From Planctomycetota bacterium (lineage in GTDB: Bacteria; Planctomycetota; OFTM77), in assembly GCA_040219065.1 (NCBI GenBank), contig JAVJTD010000477.1, positions 1,520-65,519 on the forward strand: DNA of 64,000 nt. The letters are read 5' to 3'. The notes beneath the pieces are model-generated. The model saw only the letters and a program-made list of their open reading frames with translations. It was not told where the DNA came from and did no database searches. A program made the translations under genes and the position numbers. Below, one piece after another: positions 54,537 through 64,000 of the stretch (the stretch's first letter is position 1; each line of letters starts with the position of its first letter).

Positions 54537-56969
54537 ATGACTCAAGATCGACGCTGGCTCGGCGCTCTCGGGCTGTTCATCGTGGTCCTGTCGATCCCGG
54601 CGGAGCCGACGCTCGCGCAAGCGAAGCGGCGGGCAGGGGCTATTGATGAGCCGAACCCCGTCCTGGGCGAGGATCCCGAGCGGGCCCAAGAGGGCTGGTA
54701 TGGAAAGCTGGGTGGTGCCAGCTATCGAAGAGCGCTCCAAGAGACGGGAATGTGGAAGGCGTGCTTCGAGGCGCCGCCTCCCACGGCAGCCGCCACGAGC
54801 TGGACCTCTTTGGGACCGAAGGGAGATTTGGCAGGGGCGCCCTACAATGGTCGTGTTTCGGGGATCCAGCTCATCCCGAACGCGCCACTCGGCTACCGCG
54901 TGTTCGTCGGCGCCTGCAGCGGAGGGCTCTGGTCGTCGTCTTCCACGAGCTTGGGGGCCTGGACCGCCTTGGGAGACGGACTGCCGAATCCCTCCGTGCG
55001 AGCGTTTCATGTCGACCCGGCCGATCCCAACTGGGTCGTGGTCGGGACCGGGGACTATGGGCGCTGTCCAGGGGGCGGTGTCTTCTGGAGCGATGACGGA
55101 GGTGCCACCTGGAGCGAGGCCACGCTGTCAGGTGCGTTGGCCGACGATCCGCCGACGAGCTTTTTCCGTCTCATGGCGCTACCGGGAATCTCGGGTCGCT
55201 GGGTCGCGGCCTCGGATCGAGGAGTCCTGGTCTCCACGGATCGCGGACAGAGCTGGACCGTAAAGCTGACAGGCAACTGTACCGACCTGGTCGTCGATCC
55301 GACCGACTCGCAGATGATGTACACGGCGCGCTTCGGGGAAGGGCTTTTCAAGTCGACGAGTGCCGGAGAGAGCTGGAGCCCCTTGACCGATCCCGACTTT
55401 CCTCCTGGGAACGAGTGGGAGCGCAGTTCGCTCGCGATCTGCCGAACGGCTCCATCGAATCTGGCTCTACTCGTGACCAACTCCTTAGGGGTCCGAGGCG
55501 TCTATCGTTCTGCAAATGGGGGAGCGTCGTGGGACGATGTGACCGGGCCGCTGACAGGCTTCGGCGTCGGCTACATCGTTCACGCGCAAGCCATCGCTGT
55601 GCACCCGACCGATCCGCAGTTGATCTTCGTCGGCGGAGTGAAGTGGGCGCGCACCTCCAACGGCGGCGCCAGTTGGACCGTCGAGAGCGCGCCGGGTCAC
55701 GTCGACATCACCCAGCTTCACTTCAGCCCTCAGTCCGGAGATGATGTACTCTGGGTCTGCAATGACGGGGGCGTCTACCAGTACTCGGTCACGGCGGAGA
55801 CGACGCAATCGGTGAACGGTGGTAGCGCCGGACTCGCGATCTCGCAGGTCTGGAACGGCGATGCGGATCGCCAGACCATCGTCGCCGGACTTCAAGACAA
55901 CGGGATCGTCAGGTCCGTCGACGGAGGGCAGAGCTGGACCTTCTTGAACGGAGGCGACGGAAACCATGTCGAGATCGTCGACCCCGAGGTCTCCGACTTC
56001 TGGTTCAGCGCCGGTAGATCTCCGACGCCGCCGTCGTTTCGGATCTTTCGTTACCGAGGGGCTCTCCGCGAGGAGGTTGCCCATCCGGGCGACAACGACG
56101 GCCCGCTCTTCTACGATCGCCGGCGCGATCTCATGTTGTCGGCCAGCTTGAACGAGCTCGTCTCGAGACTCCAATCAGGACCGGCCAACCTGAGCTGGGC
56201 GACAGAGGTCCCGGATCTGCAAGCCGGCTCGTACCGAGTGAATCGAGTCTTCGGGAGCTGGGTCGACGGAGAGACACTGTTCGTGACCTACGTCGATGGC
56301 TCGAACGCCGATGACCTGACGATCTGCCGGCGCAATGAGTCGGGCTGGACCGTGCTGCACAGAGAAAACATCGTGGACGGTGAGATCCAGACCGTGCTCC
56401 CCTCACCGCTTTGGAAGAACGAGTGCTGGATCACGGTGCTCGGAGGCTCCCCGACAGCGCCTCGCATTCTGCACTCGGTGGATGATGGCGAAAGCTGGGA
56501 AGCCGTTGACGGCATCCTCCGAGGCTTCGACATCGTCCGGGGTCTCGAGGTGGTACCTCACGATCCCAGGCAGCTCTTCGCGGCGACCGACATCGGAGTA
56601 TTTGGGACGCTCGATGGCGGGCAGAATTGGGAGCCGTTTCAGACAGGCCTGCCGCTCGTCGAGTGCCGCGACCTCCGATTCATTGCGGACGACCAGCACC
56701 GAGGGCAGCACCGGCTCGTCGTCTTCACATTTGGCCGGGGTGTCTTCGAGCGAATCGTGCCGGGTCCGTCGCTGATCTACGTGGACCGCTCGGCCTCGGG
56801 ATCCGAAGACGGCACTTTCGAGCATCCCTTCGACACCGTTGCTGAAGGGATCGCAGCCGCTCCACCCGGAGGTATCGTGATGATCCGAAGTAACAACTAC
56901 CTGGAGCCGCAGGTCACGACCAAGAGCGTGACTTTGGTTACGTACTCGGGGCAGTCGGTCATTCGCTGA
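54537..56969 (+). CDS. Secreted BNR/Asp-box beta-propeller paralog (closest to 46640..49069), 810 aa
   Basis: ATG 54537 after GCAGGAG. Asp-box motifs (SDDGGATWSEA, STDRGQSWTV, SANGGASWDDVT, TSNGGASWTV, SVDGGQSWTF, TLDGGQNWEPF). C-terminus ...EDGTFEHPFDTVAEGIAAAPPGGIVMIRSNNYLEPQVTTKSVTLVTYSGQSVIR. Confidence 0.75.
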   Translation: MTQDRRWLGALGLFIVVLSIPAEPTLAQAKRRAGAIDEPNPVLGEDPERAQEGWYGKLGGASYRRALQETGMWKACFEAPPPTAAATSWTSLGPKGDLAGAPYNGRVSGIQLIPNAPLGYRVFVGACSGGLWSSSSTSLGAWTALGDGLPNPSVRAFHVDPADPNWVVVGTGDYGRCPGGGVFWSDDGGATWSEATLSGALADDPPTSFFRLMALPGISGRWVAASDRGVLVSTDRGQSWTVKLTGNCTDLVVDPTDSQMMYTARFGEGLFKSTSAGESWSPLTDPDFPPGNEWERSSLAICRTAPSNLALLVTNSLGVRGVYRSANGGASWDDVTGPLTGFGVGYIVHAQAIAVHPTDPQLIFVGGVKWARTSNGGASWTVESAPGHVDITQLHFSPQSGDDVLWVCNDGGVYQYSVTAETTQSVNGGSAGLAISQVWNGDADRQTIVAGLQDNGIVRSVDGGQSWTFLNGGDGNHVEIVDPEVSDFWFSAGRSPTPPSFRIFRYRGALREEVAHPGDNDGPLFYDRRRDLMLSASLNELVSRLQSGPANLSWATEVPDLQAGSYRVNRVFGSWVDGETLFVTYVDGSNADDLTICRRNESGWTVLHRENIVDGEIQTVLPSPLWKNECWITVLGGSPTAPRILHSVDDGESWEAVDGILRGFDIVRGLEVVPHDPRQLFAATDIGVFGTLDGGQNWEPFQTGLPLVECRDLRFIADDQHRGQHRLVVFTFGRGVFERIVPGPSLIYVDRSASGSEDGTFEHPFDTVAEGIAAAPPGGIVMIRSNNYLEPQVTTKSVTLVTYSGQSVIR

Positions 56970-57120
56970 AGGAAGGGCTCTCGACCTGCCCGCGGAGCTT
57001 GTCGCGCCACTCTCGGTCCGAACGTCGCACCAAAGACGGCACCTCGGCCCTTACCTCGGGAAAGGTCCTGTCGTATCCTCTGGGACCCAAGGCCTGGTGT
57101 CCCGGTTGGTGAGAGAGGGC

Positions 57121-57788
<668 letters not shown>

Positions 57789-57792
<4 letters not shown>

Positions 57793-59288
57793 AGCTCGGC
57801 GACCTCTTCTCGTTCGCCTTCGCCGGCTTCAGCCGCCGCAAAGGACGCACGGCGCTGACCATTCTCGGCGTCACCGTCGGCACCCTCGCCCTCATGCTGA
57901 TCGTCTCTCTGGGACAAGGGCTGAGGGGGCAAGTGACCGCCGTCTTCTCGACCGGCGAGAGCCTGCGGCAGATCCTCGTCCGTCCGGGCAACTCTCGCCC
58001 GGACAAGTCGCGCCGCGAAGAAGAGATCGAGGACATCGAGAAGAACGTCGCCGGCGAGCTGCAAGAACGGCTGATCCGCGCCGTGCAGCGCCGACGCGGC
58101 GGCCCGCGTGCCTACGGGATGGTGCGTCTTCAGCCCGAGCGCCTCGAGGAGCTCTCCGCGATCGAGCACGTCGAGCGCGTGGACCCCATCATCATCGATC
58201 AGTTCGAGATGAGCGTCGAAGGCTTCGAGCCCAGCCTCGGCACGCTCATGGCATTGGGCGATGCCGAGGCCAGGCTCGCCAAGCGTCTCGTCGCTGGCCG
58301 AGCACCCGATGAGGATGCGCAGGACGAAGTCGTCGTTCACGAGCTCTGGCTCTATCGCCTCGGCCTCACTGATCAGGACGAGCAGAAGTCGCTGGTGGGT
58401 AGCACCCTGACCCTCAGCTCCGTGCGCGAAGGCGGCGGCGGGCTGGCATCTCTGATCGGCCTCCCCGACCTCAGCCAACTGGCCGAAGTCTCCGAGGAAG
58501 AGCGCGAGGTCGTGCAGCGCGTGATCGATCGCTTTCGAGCGCAGTCCGACCGCGAGGAAGGCGACGCCGTCGTTTCCACGGAGAGCTTCCGGATCGTCGG
58601 GATCGTCGGCGAGCCGGAGGAAGAGGATCTGGCCGTCTTCGAGCGGAGCGCGTTGGCGCAAGCTGACCTGTTCGCACTGCCCTTCGTGGCTTCGAAGCTC
58701 TACTTCCGCGCCGAGCTGAATCGCGCCGTGGGCTTTCCCGGCGTCCTGGTCGTGGTCGACGACCCGGAGAACGCCGAAGCGGTGGTCGATGCCGTCGAGG
58801 AGCTGGGCCTGCAAGCGAACTACGCCGGCGAGATCCTCGAGGAGATCCAGTCCTTCTTGACGATCGTGACCTTGCTCGTCGCCTTGTTCTCGCTCACGGC
58901 GCTGCTCGTCGCCGCGCTGGGCATCGTCAACACGCTCGCAATGAGCGTGCTCGAGCGCACCAAAGAGATCGGCATCCTCAAGGCCCTCGGCGCGCGCGAC
59001 AAGGACCTGCGACGGCTGTTCCTGCTCGAAGGCTCGATGATCGGCTTCGGCGGCTTCTTCGTGGGCTGGATCCTCGCCTTCCTGATCTCGCTGCCGATCG
59101 AGGCCATCGGTCGGAGCATCTTCGAACAGGAGACCGGCCGGGAGCTGCTCTCCGAGCTGTTCCCCTTCCCATGGTGGCTGCCCGCGAGCGCGCTCCTGGT
59201 GGCGATGCTCTTGGGAACGCTGGCGGCCGTATGGCCGGCGCGCCGCGCGGTCCGCGTCGACCCGGTGCGGGCTCTGCGGTACGAGTGA
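57789..59288 (+). CDS. ABC transporter permease, FtsX-like (MacB-type) with periplasmic domain, 499 aa; TTG start overlapping the upstream stop (TTGA)
   Basis: N-terminal TM FSRRKGRTALTILGVTVGTLALMLIVSLG. C-terminal 3-TM FtsX block (...ILKALGARDKDLRRLFLLEGSMIGFGG...). Confidence 0.85.
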
Positions 59289-59437
59289 GGCTGCCCAGCT
59301 CCGTCATTTGATGGAATGAGTCTGGCCAGGTCGCTCGAAGCGCCCGGTCCAATGAGGCATTGACGCATACTCGCCGTGGCCTCGTCGTGGCATACTCGGG
59401 GGACAAAGCCGCAATCTCCCGGCCCGAGGAGTCGTCC

Positions 59438-61243
59438 ATGATCCGCTCGTTGCTCTTTGCTTGCTGCGTGCTCGCCGCACCCGGCTTCGCCCAAAACGTG
59501 TTCGAGGTGAGTGTCACCGAGCCCGGTTCGCCAGTCCCGGGATGGACGACCGAGCGCCCCGTGATGGGGAAGCCCGGCACCGACCGCTCGATGTCGACGC
59601 TCGCCCAACTGCCGGGTTGGCCCATCCGGATCGGCAGCGACGTGAACATGGCTCCGCGCCGAGGGGTCGTGCTCTGCGACCTCGATGGGGACGGCATTCA
59701 AGAGCTCCTGACCTCGAGCACCGACCGGAAGCTCTACGCGTGGCATGCCGACGGCACGCCCGTCATCGGCTTCCCGGTCACGCTCAACGAGAAGGCCGAG
59801 TACCCGCCCACGGTCGGTGATGTCGATCGGGACGGGGACCTGGAGATCGCGCAGTTCACCCGCGGCTTCACGTCGGGGAGCCTGTTCTACCTCTTCGATC
59901 ACCGGGGCGTGCTCCTGCCCGGCTTTCCGGTTTCCGTCAGCGGCAACAATATCGTCGGATCGCCGGTCATGGCCGATCTCGATGAGGACGGCCAGCTCGA
60001 GATCCTCGCCGCCGAGAGCCAGTTCCAGGCGACCGTGCTTCACGTTTTCGAAGGGGACGGTAGCGAGTGGGGCGGCAATTGGCCCGTGACCCTCATCGAG
60101 AGCCCTTCGGCGACGCCGGCGGTCGGAGACGTCGACGCCGATGGGCATCCCGAGATCGTCGTGACCACCCTGTTCGAGATCACCCTGTACGAGGCCGATG
60201 GAACGAGGATGCCTGGCTGGGGACAGAGCTATGCCAACGCCCGCTTCGGCTACGGCTCGGCAGCACTGGCGGACATCGATGGGGACGACGATCTCGAGAT
60301 CTTCGTCGGCGCACAGCATGCCGACTCGGGGGTGCTCGCCTACCACCACGACGGCACGATCGTCTCGGGGTGGCCCCAGCTCACGCCGTCTTGGAGCTAC
60401 TGCCCGCCGACCATCGCCGACATCGATGGCGACGGTCAGCTCGACATCCTCGGCGGCGAAGGGGCCGGCCCGACGTCGACGCCGGACTCGATCTGGGCCT
60501 GGAACGGCGACGGAAGCGTGAAGGCTGGCTTCCCGTATCAGCCGCCCTTCGGCGGAGGTACGGGCGGGGCCATCATCGTCGCCGACATCGACAGCGACGG
60601 TCAGTCCGAGATCTTCGCCGATTACAAGTACGTCGACGGCACCCAGGGCTTCCTTCTCGGCATCGACTCGCAGGGCAACGCCCTGCCCGGATTCCCGCTG
60701 AGGCCGAACGGGAACACTTACATGAATGGCCCCACCATTGGGGACCTCAATGGTGACGGCCGCTACGACCTCGCCTTCCTCTCCTTCCGCGACGACTGGG
60801 CCGAGGTCAACGTCTACGACCTGGGCGGCAGCTATGCGCCCATCGACGTGGCGTGGTCGACTTATCACCACGAAAACGAGCGCGACGGAGACGCCTCGTC
60901 CTCGAACGCCCTCACCTTCCTCGGTCACGCCCAGATCGGGAACGGCGTCGCCCTCGCCTTGGACGGCGCACCCGGCGACACCGCCTTCCTTTGGGCCTCT
61001 CTGGGGACGAGCTCCCTGCAGCACCCGACGTTCGGCTGGTTCCACCTCAGCCTCACACCGATCTTCCTGACGATCGCCAGCAACGTCGTGACGCCCGCCA
61101 ACGGCGAGCTGCTCTTCCCGCTCGCGATCCCGAACAACCCGAGCCTCGTCGGGCGCGACATCCGATCCCAAGGCTTGCTGGTCAGCGACCTCTTGGCGCC
61201 GAGCGGCGAGTTCACCAACTTGGTCGGCGTGACGATCCAGTAG
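59438..61243 (+). CDS. Secreted 8-blade FG-GAP/VCBS-like beta-propeller protein with about 150-aa C-terminal domain, 601 aa
   Basis: ATG 59438 after GAGGAG. Signal peptide MIRSLLFACCVLAAPGFA. Eight D-x-D-x-DG-x-x-E/D-I repeats (CDLDGDGIQEL, GDVDRDGDLEI, ADLDEDGQLEI, GDVDADGHPEI, ADIDGDDDLEI, ADIDGDGQLDI, ADIDSDGQSEI, GDLNGDGRYDL). Confidence 0.75.
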   Translation: MIRSLLFACCVLAAPGFAQNVFEVSVTEPGSPVPGWTTERPVMGKPGTDRSMSTLAQLPGWPIRIGSDVNMAPRRGVVLCDLDGDGIQELLTSSTDRKLYAWHADGTPVIGFPVTLNEKAEYPPTVGDVDRDGDLEIAQFTRGFTSGSLFYLFDHRGVLLPGFPVSVSGNNIVGSPVMADLDEDGQLEILAAESQFQATVLHVFEGDGSEWGGNWPVTLIESPSATPAVGDVDADGHPEIVVTTLFEITLYEADGTRMPGWGQSYANARFGYGSAALADIDGDDDLEIFVGAQHADSGVLAYHHDGTIVSGWPQLTPSWSYCPPTIADIDGDGQLDILGGEGAGPTSTPDSIWAWNGDGSVKAGFPYQPPFGGGTGGAIIVADIDSDGQSEIFADYKYVDGTQGFLLGIDSQGNALPGFPLRPNGNTYMNGPTIGDLNGDGRYDLAFLSFRDDWAEVNVYDLGGSYAPIDVAWSTYHHENERDGDASSSNALTFLGHAQIGNGVALALDGAPGDTAFLWASLGTSSLQHPTFGWFHLSLTPIFLTIASNVVTPANGELLFPLAIPNNPSLVGRDIRSQGLLVSDLLAPSGEFTNLVGVTIQ

Positions 61244-61254
61244 ACGGCTCACGC

Positions 61255-61289
61255 GCGGAGACGCTCCTCGAAGCAGGGGGCGTCTCCGC
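61255..61289. terminator. 10-bp inverted repeat GCGGAGACGC-N15-GCGTCTCCGC between convergent genes
   Basis: Seen directly, 12 nt after the 61243 stop and 11 nt after the opposing 61300 stop. Confidence 0.4.
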
Positions 61290-61299
61290 CGCTATCGTC

Positions 61300-61707
61300 T
61301 CACTCGTAGACGAAGCGGATGTCCTTCACGACATCGGGATGGAGGCTCTGGTGGACCGGGCAAGTGTGGGCGGCGCGCTCGAGGGCATGGCGAGCCTGGT
61401 TGTCGAGAGCGGCCGGCATCTTGAACTCGGCGACCAGCTTGCCGATGCGACGGACCGGGTCGGCGACCATGTGCTTCTCGACGCGGACCGAGGCGCCCTC
61501 GAGCGGCCAGTTGCGCCGGAGAGCGACGATGCCCATCACGGTCAACATGCACGAGCCCAGGGCGGTCGCGACGAGGTCGGTCGGTGAGAAGCTCTCGCCG
61601 CGGCCTTCGTTGTCCTTCGGCGCGTCCGTCTCGAGCTGACGGCTCGACGGTCCGTGTGTGGCTTCGGTGTGGAGGGAGCCTTGATAAACGACAGTAATCT
61701 CGACCAT
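61300..61707 (-). CDS. OsmC/Ohr-family protein, 135 aa
   Basis: ATG verified at 61705..61707 with AGGAGA upstream. ...SFSPTDLVATALGSCMLTVMGIVA...AHTCPVHQSL. Confidence 0.8.
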   Translation of the reverse strand: MVEITVVYQGSLHTEATHGPSSRQLETDAPKDNEGRGESFSPTDLVATALGSCMLTVMGIVALRRNWPLEGASVRVEKHMVADPVRRIGKLVAEFKMPAALDNQARHALERAAHTCPVHQSLHPDVVKDIRFVYE

Positions 61708-61912
61708 GTCCTCGGTCTCCTGACTCTCGAGCTTCTGGGCGCCGGAAGCCCGATTTCTAAGGTCTCGGTGGCTTTCGGGAAAGAAGAAGATCGGCAGGAT
61801 CTTCAAGTTCCGCAGGCGGATAGACGATTGCAAAGCGGCGGCTCCTTTGGTTGACATGAAGGGCCGTACCCGTCCAGACGACCGGCCCTTGGACCCTAGA
61901 AGGCGGATCCTG

Positions 61913-62797
61913 ATGCCACGTCCCAGTTGGAAAGGCTTCCTGCGCCTGAGCCTCGTGTCCGTACCCGTCAAGGCGTACACGACCAACGTCACCAGCAAGG
62001 AGATCCGCCTGCGGCAGCTCCATGAGGAGTGCCACAGCCCGGTCAAGTATCAGAAGACCTGCCCCATCCACGGTGAGCTCTCGATGAGCGACATCGTGTC
62101 TGGATACGAGTACTCCAAGGGACAGTTCGTGGTCATCGACACCGACGAGATCTCGAAGCTGCGCACCGAGAGCGACAAGTCCATCGCCATCGACGGGTTC
62201 ATCGATCCCGAGCAGGTCGACTCCTTGTACCTCACCGGCAAGTCCTACTTCCTGGTCCCTGACGGTGCGATCGGGCAGCGCCCGTACTCCCTGCTCCTCG
62301 AGAGCATGAAGGGCGAGGGCGTCGCGGCGATCGCGAAGGTGGTCCTGTCGGGCCGCGAGCAGATCGCGTTCGTGCGGCCCGTCGACGGCGTGCTCACCAT
62401 GGAGATCCTCGCCTTCGAGGCCACCGTCAAGAAGCCCGAGAGCTTCGAGGACGAGATCACCCATCCCGAGCTCTCGAAGAACGAGCTCCAGCTCGCCCAG
62501 ACCTTGATCCAAGCGTCGAAGATCGAAGAGCTCGATCTCGCGAGCTACGAAGATCACTACACTCAGCAGCTCACGCAGCTCATCGAGGCGAAGGTCGCCG
62601 GCCAAGAGATCGTCGCCGCGCCGCAGGCCGAGGAGCCGAGGATCATCGATCTGATGGAGGCGCTCAAGAGGAGCGTCGCCGAGGCCGGGGTGCCTTCTCC
62701 GCCGTCGGCCGGCAAGAAGAAGGCGAGCAAGAAGAAGCTGGCGCCGAGCAGTCGCGGCTCCAAGAAGAAGACCGCGCGCAAGAAGAAGAGTGGCTGA
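61913..62797 (+). CDS. ku: Ku protein (NHEJ DNA end-binding) with lysine-rich C-terminal tail, 294 aa
   Basis: MPRPSWKGFLRLSLVSVPVKAYTT...SGYEYSKGQFVVIDTDEI...IAIDGFID. Tail KKKASKKKLAPSSRGSKKKTARKKKSG. ATG verified. Confidence 0.9.
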   Translation: MPRPSWKGFLRLSLVSVPVKAYTTNVTSKEIRLRQLHEECHSPVKYQKTCPIHGELSMSDIVSGYEYSKGQFVVIDTDEISKLRTESDKSIAIDGFIDPEQVDSLYLTGKSYFLVPDGAIGQRPYSLLLESMKGEGVAAIAKVVLSGREQIAFVRPVDGVLTMEILAFEATVKKPESFEDEITHPELSKNELQLAQTLIQASKIEELDLASYEDHYTQQLTQLIEAKVAGQEIVAAPQAEEPRIIDLMEALKRSVAEAGVPSPPSAGKKKASKKKLAPSSRGSKKKTARKKKSG

Positions 62798-62828
62798 GGC
62801 CACTGGCTCCGCGTCTCCAAGGGTGGAC

Positions 62829-63974
62829 ATGAACGAGGCCGAGAAGTCCGAACGCCGTCTGGCGGATCGCCGGGTCTGCTTCACCGGTCGCCTCGCCAAC
62901 ATGTCCCGGCCCGAGGCCAAGGATTGGGTCGAGCGCTGCGGCGGCGCGGTCACCGATCATGTGGGACCGAAGCTGGACCTGTTGGTCGTCGGCGATGAGG
63001 GTTGGCCGCTCAAGGACGACGGTCACCTGACGCGCAAGCTCGAGCGCGCAATCGAGCTGAAAGAAAGTGGCGCCAAGACGCGCATCCTGACCGAGCAGGA
63101 GTTCCTCGAGGAGACCGGCTTCGAAGGCGGCAGCATGCCGCGCCTCTACACCGCCGCGCAGCTCGCACGCATCCTCTCGGTCTCGCGGGACCGACTCCGC
63201 CGCTGGGTGCGGTCCGGATTGGTGCAGCCCGCGGTCGTTCGAAATCGAAGGGAGCTGTTCGACTTTCGTCAGGTCGCGAGCGCCAAGGCTCTCGCCGATC
63301 TGGTGACCGCGGGCGTGCCTGCCGAGCGCGTGCGCAAGAGCCTCGCGCAGCTCGGGCGTTGGCACGAGGCCGCCGGCTCATTGAGCCAGCTCGCGCTCCT
63401 CGAGAGCGGCGGTCAGCTCCTCATTCGCCTCGAGAGCGGTCACCTCGCCGAGCCCAGCGGCCAGCTCCAGCTCGGCTTCGAAGAAGACGAGAGCGGCAGC
63501 GCGACGATCGCGGTCAGATCCGATGACGTCGATTCGCTGTTCGAGCGCGCACTGAATCTCGAAGATCATGATCGCCTCGAAGAAGCCAAAGAGGCTTATC
63601 GGCGCGTGATCGAGGTCGATCCGTCACACGTCGAAGCGATGTTCAACCTCGGGAACGTCCTCTACGGCCTGCACCAGCTCGATACGGCCATCGACCAGTA
63701 TCGGCGAGCGATCGAGCAGGACGAGCGGTACGTCGAGGCGTGGAACAACCTCGGCATCGCCCTCGGCGATCAGGAGCGCTGGCGAGAGGCGTTGAACGCG
63801 TTTCAGCGCGCACTCGCCGTAGAGCCGACCTATGCCGATGCGCACTACAACCTCGCCGAGACCTACGAGCAGCTCGGCCTTCGGGCGGAAGCGGACCGCC
63901 ACTGGCGCGATTATCTCCGCTACGACCCGACCAGCACCTGGGCCCGCGAGGTCCGCGAGAAGCTCGGGGGCTGA
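62829..63974 (+). CDS. BRCT-domain protein fused to a MerR-type HTH and C-terminal TPR repeats, about 381 aa (alternative GTG start at 62790 would overlap the ku stop by 8 nt)
   Basis: RRVCFTGRLANMSRPEAKDWVERCGGAVTDHVGPKLDLLVVGDEG (BRCT). YTAAQLARILSVSRDRLRRWVRSGL (MerR-like HTH). Three TPR units (AMFNLGNVLYGLHQLDTAIDQYRRAIE..., AWNNLGIALGD..., AHYNLAETYEQLG...). Confidence 0.7.
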   Translation: MNEAEKSERRLADRRVCFTGRLANMSRPEAKDWVERCGGAVTDHVGPKLDLLVVGDEGWPLKDDGHLTRKLERAIELKESGAKTRILTEQEFLEETGFEGGSMPRLYTAAQLARILSVSRDRLRRWVRSGLVQPAVVRNRRELFDFRQVASAKALADLVTAGVPAERVRKSLAQLGRWHEAAGSLSQLALLESGGQLLIRLESGHLAEPSGQLQLGFEEDESGSATIAVRSDDVDSLFERALNLEDHDRLEEAKEAYRRVIEVDPSHVEAMFNLGNVLYGLHQLDTAIDQYRRAIEQDERYVEAWNNLGIALGDQERWREALNAFQRALAVEPTYADAHYNLAETYEQLGLRAEADRHWRDYLRYDPTSTWAREVREKLGG

Positions 63975-64000
63975 AGCGCGCCCGCGAGTAGTGGTCTGTG

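Overview
High-GC (~68%) bacterial chromosomal segment with about 37 protein-coding genes, many long and many in operon-like runs. Identified on this window by sequence motifs. Clear housekeeping genes are ahcY (adenosylhomocysteinase), htpG, a bifunctional chorismate mutase/prephenate dehydrogenase (tyrA-like), Ku, an OsmC-family protein, an ABC ATPase with an FtsX-like permease, and an SSF-family transporter. Most of the remainder encode secreted or exported proteins. These include an S8 subtilase, an M14 carboxypeptidase, an HtrA-like protease, an HEXXH zinc metalloprotease, a DUF4962/heparinase II/III-like protein, a sulfatase-family lipoprotein with TPR repeats, an amidohydrolase, a BBE-like FAD oxidase, and a right-handed beta-helix protein. 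They also include three families of beta-propeller paralogs: FG-GAP-like propellers with C-terminal Ig/IPT domains (3 copies), BNR/Asp-box propellers (3 copies), and VCBS/FG-GAP propellers (2 copies). No rRNA, tRNA, CRISPR array, IS element or integrase was seen. The gene content (planctomycete-type cytochrome/dehydrogenase-like propeller/DUF1080, sulfatase-like enzymes, many BNR and FG-GAP proteins) suggests a high-GC polysaccharide- and protein-degrading bacterium, possibly PVC-superphylum-like or Gemmatimonadota-like. This cannot be settled from one window. The non-coding signals that the gene calls do not explain are the following. (i) A 33-bp tandem direct-repeat array (4 copies, no spacers) plus a solitary inverted copy 39 kb away. 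(ii) A 99-nt intergenic element present three times (13.9 kb, 23.0 kb, 40.5 kb) with conserved ends and a variable, hairpin-forming middle; one copy carries 18-bp tandem expansions. (iii) A recurrent CCGGC-TTCA-GCCGG hairpin downstream of genes. (iv) A duplicated, diverged 3-prime fragment of the FAD-oxidase gene abutting the tandem array. (v) A long structured leader with mutually exclusive hairpins upstream of ahcY. Coding-level oddities are Ku without an adjacent LigD but overlapping a BRCT-MerR-TPR gene, and a four-gene cluster of secreted BNR propellers. The BNR proteins all end in a ~65-aa module resembling the N-terminal cap of beta-helix proteins. A VCBS propeller fused to a phage-tail-fibre-like C-terminus is embedded in that cluster. 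Coordinates of fine features may be off by 1 nt in places: at least one sequence line did not index consistently with the ORF track. The ORF track also reports GTG/TTG starts as M, so several starts are non-ATG.
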